Positions 57,283 to 64,000 of a DNA stretch of 64,000 nucleotides are shown one piece after another. The notes beneath the pieces were generated by a model. That model saw only the letters and a list, made by a program, of their open reading frames with translations, made no database searches and was not told the origin of the DNA. The DNA is taken from contig CAWGED010000004.1 in the NCBI GenBank assembly GCA_963821525.1, positions 128,001 through 192,000 of the forward strand. The letters run 5' to 3'. The position numbers were made by a program, and so were the translations under genes. The DNA comes from an uncultured Gemmatimonadales bacterium (GTDB lineage Bacteria > Gemmatimonadota > Gemmatimonadetes > Gemmatimonadales > GWC2-71-9). Position 1 is the stretch's first letter. Every line of letters starts with the position of its first letter.

Positions 57283-58311
57283 TCAGAACCTCCCGTCGCT
57301 GCGCCGCCGCGCAAAGGCGTCGGACAACAGCACGACAATGATGATCACCGCCTCGATCAGGTAGACCAGGACCGCCGGGACACCGGCCTCCCGCTGAAGG
57401 CCTCCGGCACCCGCTTCCAGCGCCGCGAAGAGCAGGCCGGTTGCTATGGTGCCCAGGGGATCGAGGCGCGCGAGCAACGCCACGGCGATGCCGGTGAAGC
57501 CGTAACCCGGCGAGAGACTCTGAAACAGCGCGTAGGACACGCCCGACACCTCGATCCCCCCGGCGAGACCAGCGATCCCACCGGAGAGCAAGCAGGGCGG
57601 TGGCGATCATCTTCTTGGTGTCGATCCTGCCGGCGATACCGGCAGCGAGAGGTCCCGCGCCCGTGGCCCGGAGCTGGAAGCCCCATAAGGTGCGGCGATA
57701 GAGCGAGCCAGAGCACCAGAGCCAGGCTGATCGCAAGCAGCAGCCCCAAGTGCAGCCGGGTTCCCGGAATCTGCGGCAAGCGGGCGCTCGCTGCGATCGG
57801 ATCGCTCTGCGGATAGATCCGCTTGGTTTCCTGTAGCGGCCCCTGCACCATCCAGCTTACCAGCGCGTCGGCCACGAAATTCAGCAGCAGGGTGCTGATC
57901 ACCTCCAGCACGCCGAAGCGGACGCGGAGCAGCACGGGCACGGCGACCCATAAGACGCCGGCCAGGATCGAAGTGATCAGCAGGGCAGCGATAGCCAGAG
58001 GAGCCTGGCCACCCGTTCAGATGAAGACCCGCCCAGGTGGCCGCGATTGCCCCCGCGTAGAACTGGCCTTCGGCACCGATGTTGAGCGCACCGGCCCTGA
58101 AGGCCAGGCCGATGCCCAGTCCGATAACGATCAGGGGAATCGAACGGGGAAGTACGGCCGAGAGAATGGTATCCCACGAGCCGAATGCCCCCCGCCACAT
58201 GGCGCCCAGCGCGACGATCGGATCATGCCCGGTTGCAACCAGGGTGACAGCGAGAACCGCAATGCCGGCCGCGACGGCACTGATCAGCGGCAGGGATCGT
58301 TCAGCTCGCAC
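57283..58311 (-). CDS. Nucleoside/sugar ABC permease (NupB-like; several frameshifts)
   Basis: AFRAGALNIGAEGQ, EVISTLLLNF, GYGFTGIAVALL. Confidence 0.85.
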
Positions 58312-59765
58312 CCGGCACCTCGACCAGCATCCGTGCGCCGATCTCCTGGCGAGTAGCGCCCTCCGGGAGCTCGATCACCCGGCCTTCCCTGACTACGAGC
58401 ACGCGGTCCGCCAGCTCGACCACTTCATCGAGGTCGCTGGAATGGAAGAGCACAGCCACTCCACGCGTTCGCGGCTTCTCTGAGTCTTGCGTGAATCTCG
58501 GCGGTCGCCTTGATGTCGAGCCCGCGAGTCGGATTTTCCGCGACGAGGACCGTCGGTTGACGCTCCAACGCCGCCGCCAGAACCATCCGTTGCTGGTTAC
58601 CCCCACTGAGCGCGAGGCCGGAGTCCTCGGCCCTGGAGCCCGCACGGAGAACTCGCCGAGCAGATCCTGTGTGCGCCGCTCGACCGCTCCCCAGTCGAGC
58701 CACGGTCCCCGGACCCACGCACCGCTCTGGCCCTGACTCATCGCGAGGTTTTCGGCCAGAGTGAACTCACCGATCAAGGCTTCGCTGGTGCGATCCTCCG
58801 GCACGAACGACACCGGGGCGGAGACGTCGAGTTCTCCTCGTGACGGCCTGAGCAGTCCGGCGACAGCGCGGAGCAATTCCCGCTGTCCATTGCCTTCAAC
58901 CGCGGCGATTCCGACCACCTCACCCGACCGGGCGATGAAAGTGGCCTCCCGGAGCGGAGCCCCGCTCGGTCCCGACCGCTCTACCGCGAGCTCCCGGGCT
59001 CGCACCCGGACCTCGCCGGCTGGCAGCCGAACGGCTCGCCCGCTGCGGCGCCCACGCCGGGTCACCGATCATCAGGGCGGCGAGGCGAGCGGGTGGCTCC
59101 GCACTCGCCGGACCGGTGTGAACTACCTCTCCCCGCCGCAGAACCGTGACCCGGTCAGCGACCCGCGTGGCTTCATCGAGCTTGTGGGTGATGAGGACCG
59201 CCGACATCCCTCTGGACCGGAAGCTTTGTATCCGGGTGAGGAGCGACTCGGCTTCCGCGGGCGACAGGACAGAGGAGGGTTCGTCGAGCAGGAGAATCCG
59301 CGCGTCAGTTGCGAGCGCCTTGAGCACCTCGAGCCGCTGTTTGAGCACGGCGGGGAGGTCCTCCGCGCGGGCGGCGGGATCGATGGGGAGCCCGGTTCGC
59401 TCGCCAAGGTCCCGCACCCGCCGATATAGCGGTCCGGGTGAGACCGACCACCCGGCAGTCAATCCGATGTTTTCCGCTGCGGTTAGTGCGGGAACCGATG
59501 TGAAGTGCTGGTGCACCATGCCGATGCCCAGGTGGCGGGCATCGAGTGGTCCCCGGATCTGCTGCGGGTTCCCACGCACCAGGATCTGACCCGCATCCGG
59601 CCGAATCAGGCCAAATGCGATTCCCATGAGGGTGGATTTCCCCGCGCCATTCTCTCCCAACAGCGCATGGATCTCCCCCTCTTCCAGAATGAAATCGGCC
59701 CCGCGGAGAGCCTGCACGGGGCCGAAGTGTTTGGTTATTCCGCGAAGCTCGAGAACCGGAGCCAT
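58301..59765 (-). CDS. Nucleoside/sugar ABC ATPase with two NBDs (NupA-like; frameshifts)
   Basis: GENGAGKST, GMVHQHF, ITHKL, VEGNGQ, LSGGNQQ, PTRGLD. Confidence 0.9.
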
Positions 59766-59771
59766 GCGCGC

Positions 59772-60542
59772 TTACATCCCGGTGGGATGGTCATGAAATT
59801 CCCAACTCAAGCCGAATCGGGACGCAAGGTGAGCTGCGAGCGCTCTCACGCCAAGAGTTTCGGTCGCATAGTGACCCGCGTAGACAACGTTCAGCCCCCA
59901 TTCCATCGCATCGAAGTAGGTGTGGGCTGCCCCTTCCCCCGAGACCAGCGTGTCGCACCCGGCATCGCGGGCGGCGGCCATCATGCTCCCCCCACTTCCA
60001 GTCACAACGCCAACCTGAGCGGGTCGCTCCGGGCCGCCGGGTATCAGGCGCGCCGAGCCGCTCGCCCCGCCGACGGCGCGCTCCACCTCCGTGAGCAAGG
60101 CCGTCCGTGAGGGGACCGAGGTTTTCCCAGCGACACCCAACGCGATGCCTCGATAGTTGCCGAACCAGGTCAGGTCGCGGAGTCCCAAGGCACCGGCCAG
60201 CAGTGCATTGTTCCCCACCTCGGGATGGACATCGAGCGGAATATGGGCGGCGTAGAGCGCGATGTCGCGATCGAGCAGCGCCTTGAGCCGCCGATAGTGG
60301 CGGCCGGTGAGGCGGGGATTCCCATCCCAGAACAGCCCGTGGTGCACCACCAGCAGGCTGCCAGCTCCCGTGCCGTCGATCGTCTGCTGAGATGCATCAA
60401 CCGCCGCAACGATGCGCTGAATCGTTCCGCTGTTTTCTACCTGCAGGCCGTTCTGAGCATTGGGCTCGTCCGGCGTTTCCCGGACTCGGAGGTAGGTATC
60501 GAGATAGGCGGTGAGATCGGCAAGCCCGCCCTCCGTGCTCAC
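59772..60542 (-). CDS. Nif3/YbgI-like dinuclear metal-centre protein
   Basis: NGLQVE, VHHGLFW, HIPLDVHPEVGNN, AGHYATE. Confidence 0.92.
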   Translation of the reverse strand: MSTEGGLADLTAYLDTYLRVRETPDEPNAQNGLQVENSGTIQRIVAAVDASQQTIDGTGAGSLLVVHHGLFWDGNPRLTGRHYRRLKALLDRDIALYAAHIPLDVHPEVGNNALLAGALGLRDLTWFGNYRGIALGVAGKTSVPSRTALLTEVERAVGGASGSARLIPGGPERPAQVGVVTGSGGSMMAAARDAGCDTLVSGEGAAHTYFDAMEWGLNVVYAGHYATETLGVRALAAHLASRFGLSWEFHDHPTGM

Positions 60543-61535
60543 GGCGCGACCGAGTCCCGCGCCATGATGGAATCCGCCGCCGCCTTCAGTCGCTGCTTGA
60601 CGGTGGCTGGAACGGTCCCTTCGAGAGCAGGGTTGGGCTCGTACCGGATGACTCCGCTCTTGAGCCCGAACGATTCGACTCTGGGTGAAAAGGTCCCGCC
60701 GTGGACTTCACGGGCAACGGTCAGGAATGCCCTGGGCAGGTCGATGACCGCGGACCCCAAGACTCGCTCCGGCGCAAGCGCGTGCTGATCCTCGTTCGCG
60801 CCGAAGATGAAGGCGTTCGGGGATTGCTTCACAGCCTGGAAAACCCCGAGATGCGGCGGCGTCGGCGTTGTGATGGAACATGTCGGCGCCGGCGCGAATC
60901 AAAGCAATGGCCGCTTCACGACCCGCGGCGACGTCGTCGAAGGTGTTGAGGTAGGCGGAGCGGCTCACCACCGATGGCCGAATCGATTTGGCACCAGCCA
61001 CCCAGGCATTTTCCGCTTCTTTGATCGGCGGAAGCTCGATCCCGCCGACAAACCCGATGCTTCCGGTCTTGGTCATGCCGCCGGCCACAATCCCGGCGAG
61101 ATAGCTCGCCTCGTAGAGGCGGAAAATGAGCGGTGAAACGTTGCCGCTCACCCGCTCGCCCGAGGTCACGATGAACACGGTTTTCGGGTATTGGGCCGAA
61201 ACTCGTTCAGCCAGGCCTTGGAACTCGAAGCCGTGCGCGAAGACCAGATTGAATCCCTGGGCGGCGTAGGTCCGAAGCGCCTCCTCCTGTTCGGAAGGGG
61301 TCTTCGCTTCTACCTGGCTGATTCGAACGTGGAGGGAGTCCCTGATCTCTTGAAGGCCTCGGTAGGCACCGGAATTCCAGGCAGCATCGTCAATGGATCC
61401 CGGAGTGACCAGCCCGACCCGAAATTCGCCTGCGGATTTGGGCCCGGCACATCCGATTGCCAGAATGGTTGTGCCAAGCCACAATAGCGACACAATCGCA
61501 ACAGTGACGCTATGTAGTCTTGTACGCTGCGTCAC
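60539..61535 (-). CDS. BMP family ABC substrate-binding lipoprotein (frameshift near 60850; start uncertain)
   Basis: LAIGC lipobox, D.AWN...YRGL, HGFEF, ASYLAG..AG.MTKTG.IGFVGG. Confidence 0.88.
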
Positions 61536-61581
61536 TCTAAAGTAAGAAATAGGAATGATTTCCACAGAAAGCGACGACTTA

Positions 61582-62037
61582 TCAACGATTGTGGGAATCA
61601 CCGGAGAGAGCCCTGTCAGCTTCACTACCGCCAGTGTGACCGATATCCGTCATGAGCCCATCCGTGGCCGCCATGGAGAGCTGGCCATTCACCTTCCCAC
61701 CCTCGGCGATCAGGATGCGCTGGGTCATGATGTCACCGTTCACCACTGCACCACTCTGAATCTCGACTCGCTCCTCCGCGCGTACCGCGCCCTCGATTTC
61801 GCCCCCGATTACGGCTTCGCGTGTCAGGACATCTCCGTGGATGACCCCGCCCTTCGCAATAAGGATCTGACCGGCGGCCCGAACCGCGCCCCGAATTTCG
61901 CCCTCGACCTTGACCACTCCCTCACTTGCCACATCGCCCACTACCAGGGTGCCGGCGGCAATGATCGTCAGGCCGGCATTCTCGGAGCGGCGGCCTGCGG
62001 AGTCGGATGACCTCGAGGACCCGGAGAAGATCGCCAT
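61582..62037 (-). CDS. Bactofilin (polymer-forming cytoskeletal protein)
   Basis: TIIAAGT.V.GDV, VEGEIRG, GDI....I.IAEGG.VNG. Confidence 0.9.
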   Translation of the reverse strand: MAIFSGSSRSSDSAGRRSENAGLTIIAAGTLVVGDVASEGVVKVEGEIRGAVRAAGQILIAKGGVIHGDVLTREAVIGGEIEGAVRAEERVEIQSGAVVNGDIMTQRILIAEGGKVNGQLSMAATDGLMTDIGHTGGSEADRALSGDSHNR

Positions 62038-62828
62038 CAGCTTCCCTCCTTAACCAAAGTCGTTGGATCGAGCGACTGCCCGTTAAGGCGTATCTCGAAG
62101 TGAAGGTGAGGTGCGCTGGAGCGGCCGCTGTTACCGGAGAGCCCGATGACCTCACCCGCGCTCACCGGCCGCCCAGCCTGAACCGTCGTCCGGTCCAGGT
62201 GCCCGTACATGGACTGGTACCCCTCGGGATGTTGCAGGAGGACGAAAGTCCCGTACTCCGCGTCGGTCCCAGTGCGCAGCACGGTACCCCCGCCTGACGC
62301 ACGCACCATGGTCCCGATCGGTACTGCAATGTCAAGGCCGGGATGCTGCTCGTCCATGGTGCCGGTGCCGACCTGACCTCGAGTCACATACCCCGGATCG
62401 TCGAGAGGCCAGTGCCGCGGGACGCTGCTTCCCGTCTCGAAGCGAACCGGTCCATCCGGGATTCTGGCCCGGACCGGCGGCGCTACCGGGAGCGGCGTAG
62501 ATAGAGAAACTGGATCAGGGACGATGTCGGCGCCCAGCATCTGGCGAATCTTGGAGTACCGCTGTTCGGCCGAATCGAGGGCGGCAACCAACTCCCGGAT
62601 CCTCCCATTCTCCGTCTCGAGCCGGGCGATTTCATTCTCCAGGCCGGGAACCCTGGCCGCTGCGCGGAAAATGGGAAGATAGAACGCTGCGGCGAGAACC
62701 ACTCCGGTACCGACCACTGCGCAGACGAGCGCGAGCGAACGAAGCGCCCAGAGAGGAATGCGGATCGTGCGTGAGGTAAGCGCACCGTCCGGTTGCAGGA
62801 TGATCGTCAGCGAACGGCGCGGAGCCAC
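62037..62828 (-). CDS. M23 family peptidase with TM anchor and coiled coil
   Basis: HPGLD, YGHL, SGNSGRSSAPHLHFE. Confidence 0.92.
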   Translation of the reverse strand: MAPRRSLTIILQPDGALTSRTIRIPLWALRSLALVCAVVGTGVVLAAAFYLPIFRAAARVPGLENEIARLETENGRIRELVAALDSAEQRYSKIRQMLGADIVPDPVSLSTPLPVAPPVRARIPDGPVRFETGSSVPRHWPLDDPGYVTRGQVGTGTMDEQHPGLDIAVPIGTMVRASGGGTVLRTGTDAEYGTFVLLQHPEGYQSMYGHLDRTTVQAGRPVSAGEVIGLSGNSGRSSAPHLHFEIRLNGQSLDPTTLVKEGS

Positions 62829-63704
62829 TTAGCCCTCGAAGGGTCTTCCCAGCAGGAGCTCGAGCAGACGGGCGAGATCGTCGTTCGAGTAATAGCTGAG
62901 CGCGATGAGACCTCTCCCTTTGCGCCGCGCGGTCACCCGGATATCGGTTCCGAGGCGTTTCCGCAGCGCATCTTCCACCCGGCGATGCTCGGCCGAGGCC
63001 TCCTGTGGGCCGGTGGGCCGGCGAGCAGTCCGGGGAGCTCGTCCCTCGCGCACCCGGCTTTCGGTGTCGCGCACGGTCCAGCCGTTCGCCGCCGCATCCT
63101 TCGCCAGGCGACTCATCTGTGTGGTGTCGCTCACACCGAGCAATGCTCTCGCGTGGCCTTCCGACAGCCTTCCGTCTTCGAGCATTTCCCGCACATCGGC
63201 TGGTAGCCGTAGCAGGCGAAGCGCGTTCGCTACGGTGGAGCGGTCCTTCCCGACCAGCTCTCCGACGTCAGCAGGAGAAGCCTGAAACTCGTCGATAAGG
63301 CGCTGGTAACTCCGCGCCGTCTCGAAGGGAGAGAGGTTGTCCCGTTGGAGATTCTCGACCAGTGCCAGCGTGAGGAGTGTGCGATCGTCGGCTTCCTTGA
63401 TCACCGCGGGGATTCGCGGCCAGCCGAGTCGTTGGACCGCGCGCCAGCGACGCTCTCCCGCGATGAGCTGATATCCACCGGCATGGGCTCGCACGACCAC
63501 CGGCTGCAAGAGACCGGAGGTCTGGATCGACGTGACTAGTTCCTGCAGCGCTGCCTCGTCCACCTTCACGCGCGGCTGATACGGATTGGGTCGTATCGCG
63601 TCGACGGGCAGTTCCTGCAGTGCGGCCTCTGGCTCGGCCTGATGCCGAGCAACCGGTCCCAACAGGGCTTCCAGCCCCCGGCCGAGTCGCTTCGTCTCGC
63701 TCAT
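62829..63704 (-). CDS. parB: Chromosome partitioning protein ParB
   Basis: LGRGL.ALL, PNPYQPR, IAGERRWRA, ENLQR, KDRSTVAN.LRLL. Confidence 0.96.
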   Translation of the reverse strand: MSETKRLGRGLEALLGPVARHQAEPEAALQELPVDAIRPNPYQPRVKVDEAALQELVTSIQTSGLLQPVVVRAHAGGYQLIAGERRWRAVQRLGWPRIPAVIKEADDRTLLTLALVENLQRDNLSPFETARSYQRLIDEFQASPADVGELVGKDRSTVANALRLLRLPADVREMLEDGRLSEGHARALLGVSDTTQMSRLAKDAAANGWTVRDTESRVREGRAPRTARRPTGPQEASAEHRRVEDALRKRLGTDIRVTARRKGRGLIALSYYSNDDLARLLELLLGRPFEG

Positions 63705-64000
63705 TCGTTCACCTCACGCAGTGCAGGGCTCTCCGTCGGTGACAGTGCTTCGGTGCGGCGGACCAGCTCCTGTGCTGTCGCGAGGTAGCTCTTCGCGCCG
63801 ACCGATTGGATGTCGTACATGAGGATCGGCTTGCCGAAACTCGGCGCCTCGGCGAGCCGCACGTTACGAGGGATTACCGTCGGAAACATCTTGGCGCCGA
63901 AGTACTCCTTCGCATCGGCCGCCACCTGGCGACAGAGATTGATCCGCGAATCGTACATCGTGAGGAGCACGCCATCGATCGCGAGAGCGGGATTGAAATT
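63701..64000 (-). CDS. parA: Chromosome partitioning ATPase ParA (C-terminal part, truncated by the window)
   Basis: GVLLTMYD.R, IPRNVRLAEAPSFGKP. Confidence 0.93.
   Translation of the reverse strand, partial: NFNPALAIDGVLLTMYDSRINLCRQVAADAKEYFGAKMFPTVIPRNVRLAEAPSFGKPILMYDIQSVGAKSYLATAQELVRRTEALSPTESPALREVNE

Noticed and set aside
61500..64000. parS site or definite oriC near parAB
   Set aside because: I saw no TGTTTCACGTGAAACA-like palindrome and no cluster of perfect DnaA boxes by eye.

Overview
GC-rich (roughly two-thirds G+C by eye) chromosomal segment of mostly housekeeping and accessory genes. Gene content and style suggest a Gemmatimonadota-like bacterium (inference). It ends in parA-parB, so it may lie near the origin. 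Many single-base frameshifts in otherwise intact genes point to uncorrected long-read indels, so split or fused ORFs are treated cautiously. No rRNA, tRNA, CRISPR, integrase or transposase was recognised. Main blocks: mixed hydrolase/oxidoreductase/transport genes (1-14 kb); a sigma54 promoter driving lipoprotein - pseudo-receiver enhancer-binding protein - lipoprotein - TPR (14-18 kb); a Rieske/membrane operon behind two CRP-type boxes; EF-G-like GTPase; a 4-hydroxybenzoyl-CoA-reductase-like molybdoenzyme with Gln at the catalytic Glu position; a degenerate mazEF; a metal-uptake/copper-delivery island (32.7-43 kb); PLP enzyme-LOG-deoxyhypusine synthase-like; ndh, an atypical patatin, queG, plsC; a nucleoside ABC system, Nif3, bactofilin, M23, parB, parA. 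The most notable element is a pair of paralogous 113-aa upstream ORFs. Both have a hydrophobic N-terminus, His53-x3-Cys57 and RAPP at residues 106-109. Each sits about 75 nt before an outer-membrane metal transporter gene whose ribosome-binding site can be sequestered in RNA structure. They look like a CxxC-less variant of CruR/CutF (DUF2946)-type ribosome-arrest metal sensors. Many intergenic regions carry 7-8-mer tandem arrays, often as inverted pairs.
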